Positions 54,717 through 64,000 of a stretch of 64,000 bases of DNA are shown one piece after another. A program made the position numbers and the translations under genes. Source of the DNA: a virus (lineage: Duplodnaviria; Caudoviricetes); IMG/VR virus record IMGVR_UViG_3300037455_000245, positions 1-64,000 of that record; one strand, written 5' to 3'. The first letter of the stretch is position 1. Every line of letters starts with the position of its first letter. The notes beneath the pieces were generated by a model. That model did not search any database. It was not told where the DNA came from and saw only the letters and a list, made by a program, of their open reading frames with translations.

Positions 54717-55623
54717 CGTTGTACGTCCGATGAGTGTTGTGGCCCAAGAGACCATCAACTACATCAAAGGCAGAAGAGAGCATAAAATTGTTTCTCTTAG
54801 CACGAGATGGAAGAAGTTCAATAAGCAGTGTATGGGAGGTATTGAACCCAATACTGTATACACCATACCTGGCATCTCGGGTTCCGGTAAGTCTAGTTTT
54901 GCTAACTTACTATCTACTGATATCATAGATCTTAATCCCTCAGAGGATATAATTGTGCTTAGCTTCTCGTTAGAGATGGTTGCATTTAGGCAAGTTGGAA
55001 GGACGCTTTCTAATAAGCTCAGGAAAACGACTTCGACTCTGTATAGCTCGGAAACGAGCCTTGATGACCAAACGTTTGGTAGAGTCATTGGAGTATGCAA
55101 TCAGCTAAAGGAGTATCCTATCTATTTTGTAGATAGTCCTACTACTCCCATGCAAGTTCAAGAGATTATATCTACATTCTATAACACGTATGTAAAAGGT
55201 ACTGGTAAACACTTCGTGATATTCTATGATCACGCATTGTTAACTAAACCCATCGGTTCTGTCTTGGAAACCATTGCCGAATTACAACGTGTCTTCATTC
55301 AGGTCAAGAAATTGCCCATGACGTCTGTCATACAGATAGCTCAAATGAATCGAAATATAGAGGCGCCTGAGAGGATTAATAACCCACTATCGCATTATCC
55401 TATGCGTAGTGATATTTCATCGTCCGATGCGATTTTCCAGGCGTCCGATTACGTCCTGGTCATTCACAGACCTGAGATGTTGGGCATACAAGAATACGGT
55501 CCAAATCATTTACCTACACAAAACAAGGTGTATATTCACGTTCTTAAGAATAGGGATGCTGGTAAGCCTTGTATCCTTGAATTCGAGAATGACCTTATGT
55601 ACAACAATCTCCTTGAATGTTAA
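54697..55623 (+). CDS. dnaB: DnaB-like replicative helicase
   Basis: GISGSGKS, FSLEM, AQMNR, IFQASD, KNRD. Confidence 0.92.
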   Translation: MEQNLSNVVRPMSVVAQETINYIKGRREHKIVSLSTRWKKFNKQCMGGIEPNTVYTIPGISGSGKSSFANLLSTDIIDLNPSEDIIVLSFSLEMVAFRQVGRTLSNKLRKTTSTLYSSETSLDDQTFGRVIGVCNQLKEYPIYFVDSPTTPMQVQEIISTFYNTYVKGTGKHFVIFYDHALLTKPIGSVLETIAELQRVFIQVKKLPMTSVIQIAQMNRNIEAPERINNPLSHYPMRSDISSSDAIFQASDYVLVIHRPEMLGIQEYGPNHLPTQNKVYIHVLKNRDAGKPCILEFENDLMYNNLLEC

Positions 55624-55665
55624 TCTGTCGGACAAGTATTAACATTTTAAAAGAAAGGCTGAATT

Positions 55666-56190
55666 ATGACAAAGTATACTTTTTCTATCAACAATAGTAA
55701 TATTAATAAGACTAATACCGGTTGTCCTTTTTGCAACAAGTGCAATACCTCTGCATATTATTCTGAGATGCTTACTGATCTCATTAATGCTGATATAGAG
55801 GAGAAGAATCCTTGGCTGTTTGGTTATAAGAACAACACTACCAATAAGCCCGGTACTATCGATATTAAGCTTACATCTCCCGGCACTACGTCGTTTGACG
55901 AGCTTGAGAATGCGTTCATTTATGGTGGTACGAAGTACTACTATAACAATGCTTATAACTTCCTGAAGGGTCTCGGTACTTGTATCAATTGCCCGTTCAA
56001 GAAGAATATTAAGTACAAGCTGAACGATGGTACCTACTTTAAGATTACTGATGATTACATTCACATCAACGATGAGATGTACTTCTTTAATCTGATGGAT
56101 GATGCTTTCTTCTATAATCTCAGCTGTCCGTTGAAGAAGACGATCGCTACGATTTATATCGCTGGTCTGAAGATTACTATTAAGAAATAA
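55666..56190 (+). CDS. hypothetical protein
   Basis: 174 aa. Confidence 0.75.
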   Translation: MTKYTFSINNSNINKTNTGCPFCNKCNTSAYYSEMLTDLINADIEEKNPWLFGYKNNTTNKPGTIDIKLTSPGTTSFDELENAFIYGGTKYYYNNAYNFLKGLGTCINCPFKKNIKYKLNDGTYFKITDDYIHINDEMYFFNLMDDAFFYNLSCPLKKTIATIYIAGLKITIKK

Positions 56191-56202
56191 TTTAGTATAA
56201 AT

Positions 56203-56949
56203 ATGAGCTTAGTACTACCTACACAACCGGTTCCTGCTACCTCGGTAAACCCACAGTACTTGATATTGTACGGTTTGCCTAAATCAGGCAAAACCTCATG
56301 TGTAGCTCAGATACCTAACAACCTTATAATAGATCTTGAAGGTGGTTCCACCTTTATTGATGCGATGGCTGTACAAGCGCGCACAATAGAAGATCTAGGA
56401 AAGATTGCTCAGGCAATTCGAGCAAAGAATGAGGAAGTTGGACACAACTTTTATAAACATATAACAATAGATAATGCAACACGTCTTGAAGATATTTGTA
56501 TGTCTTATGCTTGCACTCTTTATCGACAAACGGAACTTGGAAAGAACTGGAAAGGTACCGATATCACCACTCTGGCAAAAGGTGCGGGTTATGGATACTT
56601 GCGCACCGCTGTAAAGAAGGTAATAGATATGTTCAAGGAATTGTGTGATGAATTCATACTTATAGGACATGTCAAAGATAGTATCACCAATAAGGATGGG
56701 CAAGAGGTTAATGCAAAAGAAATCGACCTCGTCGGAAAGCTTGGGAAGATCGTTTGCGGAATGGCTGACGCAGTCGGATACGTATACCGAAAGGACAATG
56801 AAACACATATTAGTTTCAAGTCTGGAGGAGACGGGACTATTATGGAGGCTCGTGCCAGACACATCGCAGGTAAAGATATTGTCATCGCTACTGGGAATGA
56901 AGACGGAAGTATAACAACATATTGGGATAAAGTTTATAAACTTGAATAA
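56203..56949 (+). CDS. AAA_24 / Sak4-like ATPase
   Basis: LYGLPKSGKT, IIDLEGG, ITIDN, ILIGH. Confidence 0.88.
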   Translation: MSLVLPTQPVPATSVNPQYLILYGLPKSGKTSCVAQIPNNLIIDLEGGSTFIDAMAVQARTIEDLGKIAQAIRAKNEEVGHNFYKHITIDNATRLEDICMSYACTLYRQTELGKNWKGTDITTLAKGAGYGYLRTAVKKVIDMFKELCDEFILIGHVKDSITNKDGQEVNAKEIDLVGKLGKIVCGMADAVGYVYRKDNETHISFKSGGDGTIMEARARHIAGKDIVIATGNEDGSITTYWDKVYKLE

Positions 56950-56951
56950 TC

Positions 56952-57137
56952 ATGAAGTATCGTGGTTCAATGATACATCTAAAAATAAACGGTGAGTATA
57001 AAAGTGCAAACCTTTATTTAGGTATAAACTCTGTAAAAAGAGTAGGAAACGCGTTACGAGAGCTGAATAAACAATGCGATCCATCTGAATTTGTAGGATG
57101 GATAACATTGGGATTTAGTGATGATAATAAAATCTAA
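56952..57137 (+). CDS. small hypothetical protein
   Basis: 61 aa, fills the gap. Confidence 0.55.
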   Translation: MKYRGSMIHLKINGEYKSANLYLGINSVKRVGNALRELNKQCDPSEFVGWITLGFSDDNKI

Positions 57138-57143
57138 GGAACT

Positions 57144-57737
57144 ATGTATAGTACAAAAACAGCAACAACAAGCAATACGGAGTTTACAAGCTCCTATATG
57201 CCAGTAGGCATCAATGAAAACATCACTCTGAAAGAAGTAAACGTCAACAAATCGCCTCAAGGTCTTGACTTTCTGGAGATAATTTTCCAGAACAGTGAGG
57301 GTCAAACAGCAACTATGACTGAATGGAAGAACGAGAAGAATATGTGGATTAAGACCGATGAAGATTTACAGCGTCGAGATAATCAGCAGTTCGGACGTAT
57401 TCTGCAGGTTATAGATGCAATTAAAGGTGGTCATAATGATTTCGAAGGTAATTCGTTTATCGAGATGATTACTTGGGCTAAGACGTGTCTTAATGACGGT
57501 GATAACGATCCTGTGCGTCTTAAAGTAATTTATGACAAAAAGGGTTATACTACCGTATCTAAGAATGGTGTATTTATCGAGTCTATGGGTGTTGCAGAGT
57601 CGCAGATTAAGCTTTGGAAGAACGATCTTCTGGAGCGTCCCGTACAGGCTGACGTTGAGAAGCCTATCGACCCGCTCGCTGGTAACAGTGCTCCGGTGAC
57701 TGCAGACTCTACAGGTGCTGACGACCTACCTTTCTAA
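57144..57737 (+). CDS. ssb: single-stranded DNA-binding protein
   Basis: C-terminal ADDLPF; follows the Sak4-like gene. Confidence 0.75.
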   Translation: MYSTKTATTSNTEFTSSYMPVGINENITLKEVNVNKSPQGLDFLEIIFQNSEGQTATMTEWKNEKNMWIKTDEDLQRRDNQQFGRILQVIDAIKGGHNDFEGNSFIEMITWAKTCLNDGDNDPVRLKVIYDKKGYTTVSKNGVFIESMGVAESQIKLWKNDLLERPVQADVEKPIDPLAGNSAPVTADSTGADDLPF

Positions 57738-58142
57738 TAATATAAACGATAGTTAGAAAGAGTTTAACTATTTAGACGCCATAACTATAGTGTCTTTATA
57801 GAAATAGTCAGTGGTGCTGACAACCAATAAGAAGTATTCCAGAGGTATGACGGAAAAAGACGTGGCTCGCAGAGCTGAGAAACGAAACGTAATGGCACTC
57901 GTGTTGGGTGAAATTCCCATCTATCTCGTATAAAGAATCTAGTATGAGAAGCTAGCTTATAAAAGATCAGTGGTGGAGGACTGGAGGTCTAATAGTGCGA
58001 CGTGAGTATCGGCAGATAGAAATATCGGGGACGCAACACACTATGGCAGCCAGCCCCTAACAATTAAACAATTTGAGGGTGGGAGGAGGAGCCTGGTCAG
58101 TGGAATGCTTTTAAAAGAGCCAGGGAGTAGAATTGTTTAAAC

Positions 58143-58323
58143 GGGTTTTTGGTGTAATGGTTGCATAGGCGGCTGATCTTAATTAGATAATCGTTCCACG
58201 TAAGTCTAATAAACTGTGGGTACATGGAAACTGTACAAATGAACTAGGTTTAGCCTAGAGAGGGTAACGTGAAAGCTAATAAGATGTAAATGCAGTCGGA
58301 CAGGTTCGAATCCTGAAAACCCA
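58143..58323 (+). ncRNA. tRNA-like RNA with about 120-nt insert replacing the anticodon loop
   Basis: GGGTTTT/AAAACCC acceptor, GGTGTAATGGTTGCAT D arm, CGGCTG/CAGTCG stem, CAGG-TTCGAAT-CCTG. Confidence 0.6.
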
Positions 58324-58339
58324 CACAAAGCTTAAGCTT

Positions 58340-59314
58340 ATGTATAGTACGAAAACAGCTATCACAATGAGTCTTAGAGACTTATTGGAGAAAGTGAGCG
58401 ACTATGACATTTATAGCTATTATCTAGGCTCATTTAAGCCTGGAAAACTAATGAACAGTCCCTTGCGCCCAGACGATAAGATCCCCAGCTTTGCTATATT
58501 TCCTAGCAAGACTGGAGATCTACTGTTTAAGGATCATGGGACAGGAGCATCTGGTAATGCTCTAAAGTTCATAAAACTATACAGACGCATTGATACACGT
58601 GAAGAACTTGAGCGTGAGCTCTTGAAAATCGTCAGGTGTATAAATCCTACACAGACAGCACAAAAGCCCGTTAGAAGGGCTGAAAATGCGTCTGAGACGC
58701 GTATTGGGATAGTGAGGCAACCATTTACTGAAATAGATAAGCAGTATTGGAAGCAATTTCATATATCTATTGACACATTGCGTCGATTTAATGTATTTAG
58801 TATAAAATACTTTTTGTGCAACAATATTGTTAGAGGAGTGTATAAGGAAGATAATCCAATGTATGCTTATAAGGTGTTTGATAAATTTAAAATATATCGA
58901 CCACTAGCAAGTAAGTATACAAAATGGAGAACTAACTTAACAGTACAACACGTACAAGGTCTGGAACAACTAAATCCAGATGGTGGAAATCTCCTCATTA
59001 TTACTAAATCTTTAAAAGACGTAATGTGTTTATATGAAATGGGTTTTAATGCAATATCGTCGAGTAGCGAAACTACTTTCATACCCGATGATACGCTTCA
59101 ATCTCTAAGGAAGAAGTGGAAGCACATCATTATTCTATATGATAGGGATACTGCAGGAATGCAGAATGCTCGTCAGTATAGTAAGCAATATAGCTTAGAT
59201 GCTATATTTGTTCATAAGAAGTTTAAGGCAAAGGACGTATCCGATGCTGTTAAAGGTAACGGATTCGTTGTTGTCAAAGAATGGTTAACTAAAACAGTAG
59301 AAAGATATGTGTGA
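58340..59314 (+). CDS. DNA primase (DnaG-like, crAss type)
   Basis: SPLRPDDKIPSF, FKDHG, TOPRIM LIITKSLKDVM and YDRDTAG, KDVSD. Confidence 0.88.
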   Translation: MYSTKTAITMSLRDLLEKVSDYDIYSYYLGSFKPGKLMNSPLRPDDKIPSFAIFPSKTGDLLFKDHGTGASGNALKFIKLYRRIDTREELERELLKIVRCINPTQTAQKPVRRAENASETRIGIVRQPFTEIDKQYWKQFHISIDTLRRFNVFSIKYFLCNNIVRGVYKEDNPMYAYKVFDKFKIYRPLASKYTKWRTNLTVQHVQGLEQLNPDGGNLLIITKSLKDVMCLYEMGFNAISSSSETTFIPDDTLQSLRKKWKHIIILYDRDTAGMQNARQYSKQYSLDAIFVHKKFKAKDVSDAVKGNGFVVVKEWLTKTVERYV

Positions 59315-59451
59315 AGTTATAAGTTGTGTGCTCTCTTTTACACTCGGCATAATCGCTGGGGGTGTTGGTCTTTATTATAAGTTGTTAATGGATATTAAAG
59401 CCTTTGAAAGGGAGTATGAGCCCCTTCTGCTCTTGCTAAAGGAGAAGCAGA

Positions 59452-59826
59452 ATGAAATCTAAAGGAAGGGTTAAGAATGCGACAGCCGTCGATGCGTATG
59501 GACTACACTTTCGTAGCAAACTCGAACTCTATACGTATGAAGCTTTTATGAAAGCAGGAATACCTGTTAAGTATGAGCCAAAGCATTTTACTCTTCTACC
59601 AAAGTTCGAATTTTTAGGCGAAAAAATAAGACCTATTACATACTTACCAGACTTCGTTGGACGAGGTTTTATAGTAGAATGTAAAGGTCTTATGGGGGAT
59701 TCGTTCCCCATTCGCTGGAAACTCTTTAAGTATTATTTACACAAACATCACGCCAAAACCAAATTATATTTAGTGAGAAATCACAAGCAGGTTGACGAGA
59801 TGGTTGAAGAACTTAAGAAAAAATGA
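59452..59826 (+). CDS. DUF1064 / endonuclease-I-like nuclease
   Basis: FRSKLE, YLPDF, VECKG. Confidence 0.8.
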   Translation: MKSKGRVKNATAVDAYGLHFRSKLELYTYEAFMKAGIPVKYEPKHFTLLPKFEFLGEKIRPITYLPDFVGRGFIVECKGLMGDSFPIRWKLFKYYLHKHHAKTKLYLVRNHKQVDEMVEELKKK

Positions 59827-60071
59827 GTTTAGAAGAAGCAAATTACATGATGAATATCGGTATATTCTATACTGCAAATGGTTGGGAATGGTATATAGAT
59901 ACATGTCAGCCTTTTGGAGATATTATAGGATATAAAAAATACGATACTCCAAATGAGGCTTTAGTAGAATTGAAGGAATTTTTGAGATATTTTACAAAGA
60001 ATGTTCTCAAAAACGGAGATACTATTAGGGCATATGTTGAGAAACATAAACCAAAGAATGAGAAATCTTGA
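59823..60071 (+). CDS. hypothetical protein
   Basis: 82 aa. Confidence 0.6.
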   Translation: MSLEEANYMMNIGIFYTANGWEWYIDTCQPFGDIIGYKKYDTPNEALVELKEFLRYFTKNVLKNGDTIRAYVEKHKPKNEKS

Positions 60072-60212
60072 TTTTAGAAGATATAAAGGTGATCATTATA
60101 CAGATTTTGTAATAACAATATTCGATTTGTGTATAGGCGTTGGTTTTCGAAAAGAAAAATTAGAATACCGGACATCTCTTTTGTTTAACTTCTATTTTAA
60201 GAGAAAAGAATA

Positions 60213-61196
60213 ATGGACATTTCTATACCATATTACGAGGACCGAACTCGTATCTCGAACAGTAACATAGGCTGGTTTCTACAGAAGGGACCAGCCTATT
60301 TACATAAGATGTTAACTGATCCTCCTCCAGAGGAGAAGAACTACGTCTTAGAGCGTGGAACAATGATCCACATGTACCTACTCCAGCCCGAAGAGTTCCA
60401 AAAGACATACGTAGTCTGGGACAAAAGTAGACCTTCTTCAGCACAGCAGGAGAAGTTCTGTCAGGAGCTGGCCAATACACTCGAAATAGAGCCAAATAGA
60501 GCCATTCTAAGCGCATATCAGGCTGCCTATAGTACAAAAGGTAAGTCTGAGGAAACAATGCTCTCAGAAGGCCTTAAAATAGCCTCTACGCTTAAGGATT
60601 ATGTAGACTTCCTAAAGTTACATGATGGGAGAACTATGATTAGTCCTTACGATGCACAAATGCTTGAGAAAATCAAAAAGAATGTGCAAAACCACAAGTT
60701 GGCTTGGGATCTTATATGGTCAAAAGAATTATCATCGTGGCATGAATTTCACATCAATTGGACATACTATGTCAAGATGGCTGCTGGAGTTGAGTGTAAA
60801 TCATTATTAGATGGTCTTACACTTGATTTCAGAAACAAGAAGGCTATCATATATGACTTGAAGACCACACAAAAGTTGTGGCACTTTGAGGATAGTATAG
60901 ACCAGTATGACTATTGTAGGCAATTATGCTATTACTATCAGGCTGTTGTATGGTATCTAAAGTATGAACTCAAAGAAGATACTAATAGTTGGACTTTTGA
61001 TTTCTATATTATAGGTATCGATACTACTGGTAGTTATGAGATTCGTGTGTTCAAAGTTGATTACTACATGATTGACTCTCGTAAAGCGGTTATAATGAAT
61101 GCTATGAAGGAGATTATGTGGCATCAAGAGCATAACAAGTGGGAACATAGTAGAGCCTATTATGAAGGTGATGGCTCAGAAACTTTAAATTTATAA
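60213..61196 (+). CDS. PD-(D/E)XK exonuclease (RecE/DUF3799-like)
   Basis: ISNS, GTMIH, KSLLD, YDLKTT, YCRQLCYY. Confidence 0.88.
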   Translation: MDISIPYYEDRTRISNSNIGWFLQKGPAYLHKMLTDPPPEEKNYVLERGTMIHMYLLQPEEFQKTYVVWDKSRPSSAQQEKFCQELANTLEIEPNRAILSAYQAAYSTKGKSEETMLSEGLKIASTLKDYVDFLKLHDGRTMISPYDAQMLEKIKKNVQNHKLAWDLIWSKELSSWHEFHINWTYYVKMAAGVECKSLLDGLTLDFRNKKAIIYDLKTTQKLWHFEDSIDQYDYCRQLCYYYQAVVWYLKYELKEDTNSWTFDFYIIGIDTTGSYEIRVFKVDYYMIDSRKAVIMNAMKEIMWHQEHNKWEHSRAYYEGDGSETLNL

Positions 61197-61201
61197 ACAT
61201 T

Positions 61202-61417
61202 ATGAAAAATATTAGTAATTTAGCAGAAACGTATTTAAAAAGTTTAAATAACATTCCTGAAAATATGGTAGAAATAGTAAAAAATGCATATATAGCTGGA
61301 TATAATCAGCAGGAAATAGAGGATTCGTTTGACAATGATATACAAGATGACGAAGAAGACGTTTTTGCTGACTGTATTGACGATATCACTCCTATAGATT
61401 TAACTGATGGAGAGTAA
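61202..61417 (+). CDS. acidic hypothetical protein
   Basis: 71 aa. Confidence 0.6.
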   Translation: MKNISNLAETYLKSLNNIPENMVEIVKNAYIAGYNQQEIEDSFDNDIQDDEEDVFADCIDDITPIDLTDGE

Positions 61418-61763
61418 TATTTATTCTATTGTTTATTATATAGATAATTCATACAAAATAAAGAATTATATAAGGTCGTTAGATATATTGAGATTTGGAA
61501 ATAATTATGAGTCTAAAATATATTTAACAAAAATAGATTATAGAATAAAGAACCTTTTGTTGTCCGAACCAAATTTTATAAGGTTGGGTTTGGATGATAA
61601 AGGTATTTATGCTATATTTATGATTCCAAAAAAGTATGAATATCTTGTAGTAATAGTAGATAAAGTTGGATACAGAGGGATGACAAAAGAGATGTTGTCC
61701 CTTTACAACAAAAAGACCTTAGGTAAAAAAATATTACCTAAGGTCTTTTTTTATTCCAAATAA
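61407..61763 (+). CDS. hypothetical protein
   Basis: 118 aa, runs into the terminator. Confidence 0.5.
   Translation: MESNIYSIVYYIDNSYKIKNYIRSLDILRFGNNYESKIYLTKIDYRIKNLLLSEPNFIRLGLDDKGIYAIFMIPKKYEYLVVIVDKVGYRGMTKEMLSLYNKKTLGKKILPKVFFYSK
61710..61752. terminator. bidirectional intrinsic terminator
   Basis: AAAAAGACCTTAGGTAA...TTACCTAAGGTCTTTTTTT between convergent blocks. Confidence 0.85.
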
Positions 61764-61784
61764 TAAGAAGTATACTCATAGGGT

Positions 61785-64000
61785 TTAATCTTCGTTTTCT
61801 TGATCATACCCCCATATTAAATCGTACAATAGACTATATCTTTCGAACTTATCCAACTTCATCACCTGCGTTTCATTATATCTACGCTTTGCTGCAGGAT
61901 CAATAAACTATTCGAAGATATTGTGGAAAGGTATTGTTTTCATGAAATTTCTAAAACCTTCCGTATATCCTTGATATGTACCGTTTTGTATAATTCCATC
62001 GTCTTCTTCAAATTCTGACTCTTCGTCACTAAAAAAGTTTAAAGCCAGTCTATAAATACCGGAAACTATAGATTGGGAGGCATAGTTTCTTCCATATCCC
62101 AACGTTGACATAAATAAACTAGTACCCATTCCAGATGTAAATGTTAATAATGCGTCACTCACGGACGTGGCAGCTGTTGCTGATTTTACGTTGTTTAATA
62201 TATCTATGAGATTATATTTACTATTTGTTTCAAATTGGACAGCTCTAGCCCAATATGCAAGTGTTTGAAGCAATAGCCATTTAAGTCTATCGTCGTCTTT
62301 ATCTGTACTGTCTGCACATGCCACAAGAAGGTTTGCTATAGGAGCAATTGCGAAGTTTATTAGCATGACCTCATAAAAAGTTTGTCTTATCTAATACGCG
62401 TTTGCTATCTAGTTATCATGTTCTTCCTAAGACTGACCTTCTTTTAAAGAGGCAAATTTAACTCCAAGTGGATTTAATACATCCCCTAAACCTGTACCAA
62501 AGAATTCGTTGTTTACGTTCTTTAACGATTTACGATCTTTTCTATGTTTGATATTATAAACCAAACTTGTAGCTAAAGAAATTGTACCACATCCGGCTAA
62601 AAATACAGGAGAAAATCCGCCAAACGCAAGTCCAACAAACGCTCCTGCGCCAGCTGCAGCTAATGCGTTTGAAGCCCAAAGATTTCTACAATAGTTAAAC
62701 AACGTTCTAAATTGACCTCCTTTATATTCTTCTGCATCAAAATCATATACACGTTTACCCCACGTCTGTTGTAGCATTAATGGTATATATTGTCTGTGAA
62801 TAAGCACAAATGCTCCTAAAAAATTTCGTGTCATCAACGCCTTTTGCAATCTTGTTGCCATACCGTCGGCTTGTTCTGCATTTTTCATGGCTTTGTTTGA
62901 CGCTGTATTTTTTATCTTTTCCCACGCCGCTTGATATTCTGGTTTTACGATAAGTTTTGTGTCGTTCGAGTTAACTTTAAAATTCCACGCTTCGGAATCT
63001 CCTTCAAATATATTATATGCGTTGACTTTTGAATTTTTAAACTCTTTCATCAACTCTTTATATTTTTCCTCGCCAAGTATAAGACGTTGTTCTTCTATCA
63101 TATGTTTTGTCATAAACTAACCGTTTACATATCTATACGATAGAAGCGTAGCAACCATGATTGTAGCTTTGGAATAAATGTCTGCTGCGGACATTATACC
63201 GAAAGTGCTGTTTTTGTATATTGCCTGTAATATTCTATTTCTGTTTGAATGCTCAGATTTTTTTCCAGATTGGTCTGATAAATCCATAAGCTCCATCAAC
63301 AGTATTAATTTGTTTTTAGTAAGTCTATCTCCTATAAACCTAGCTCCTGCAAAGTTTGACCCAAATTCATTTAAAGTTATTAGGCCAGCATTAAACATGT
63401 CACTTTTGCTATATTTATATCCAACTATACCATTTATAACATGTGTAAACATTGTAGTAAAGAATCCAACCATTGCTACTTTCGGGTTCATTCCTAAGTT
63501 TCTTGCTGTGGTCATTCTTTTTAACAGCGATAAGATTTTTGTGAGATCTATTCCAAACAATCCAAAAGAGTCTCTTTGCATGTCATAGAGATCACGCTCT
63601 ATTAATTTCCTTGCATAATTGAACGTGTTTGACTATTGATTGTTTCCTCCAGTAAGCTTTATTTTATCAGTAACTTTTCTAAATTTACCAAATCTATCGG
63701 AATTTTTAAACTTCTAATCCCGTATCAAATCGAGTATTAATTCACAATCGTCACGTATAATAGACCGTTCTTTATATTGACAAGACATCATGTAATAATC
63801 TCTAGTTATTCCAACTATATCTTTTGATATTAATTCCGGATGCTCTAGCGGTTTTGTAAACGGTGTTGGTATTACATGAAATTCTCTTCCGTCTGGGTAT
63901 ACTCCAGATATAGACTGCGTTCTACCGACAGATGATTCCTAATATGCAGTATTAATATCTGTATCATTGGGATCCTCGGAAAGACCTATTATTCTACCAA
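61785..64000 (-). CDS. C-terminal part of giant virion (ejected/RNAP-cluster) protein (TAG=Gln)
   Basis: Fragments 61908, 62427 and 63117 share one frame with TAA at 61785; position convergent to replication genes as in crAss-like phages. Confidence 0.75.

Overview
64 kb from a crAss-like (Crassvirales) phage of a Bacteroidota host; the combination of PolB, an ECF sigma factor and amber recoding suggests Suoliviridae/delta (inference). The genome uses two codes. Late genes (1-27984 and 61785-64000: portal, terminase, tail proteins, a 2086-aa CotH-like protein, endolysin, a giant virion protein) are split by in-frame TAG codons and join into single ORFs when TAG is read as Gln. Early/replication genes (28190-61763) keep TAG as a stop, apart from a two-gene recoded island. 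A CTA-anticodon suppressor tRNA lies just upstream of the recoded operon. The most striking content is non-coding: a circularly permuted two-piece tmRNA with tag DNINIVDYTGLKEAA, a type I hammerhead ribozyme, several tRNA mimics or minihelices, a family of candidate sRNAs (antisense to Bacteroidota-type start-codon regions, plus a shared GTGA-tetraloop hairpin), a GTGCC repeat array, and 0.5-2.1 kb hairpin-rich regions without credible ORFs. Other items are a bL12-like protein, a catalytically degenerate dUTPase, two proteins ending in ssrA-like tails, and divergent ECF-type late promoters. All calls come from reading the sequence by eye; no searches were run.
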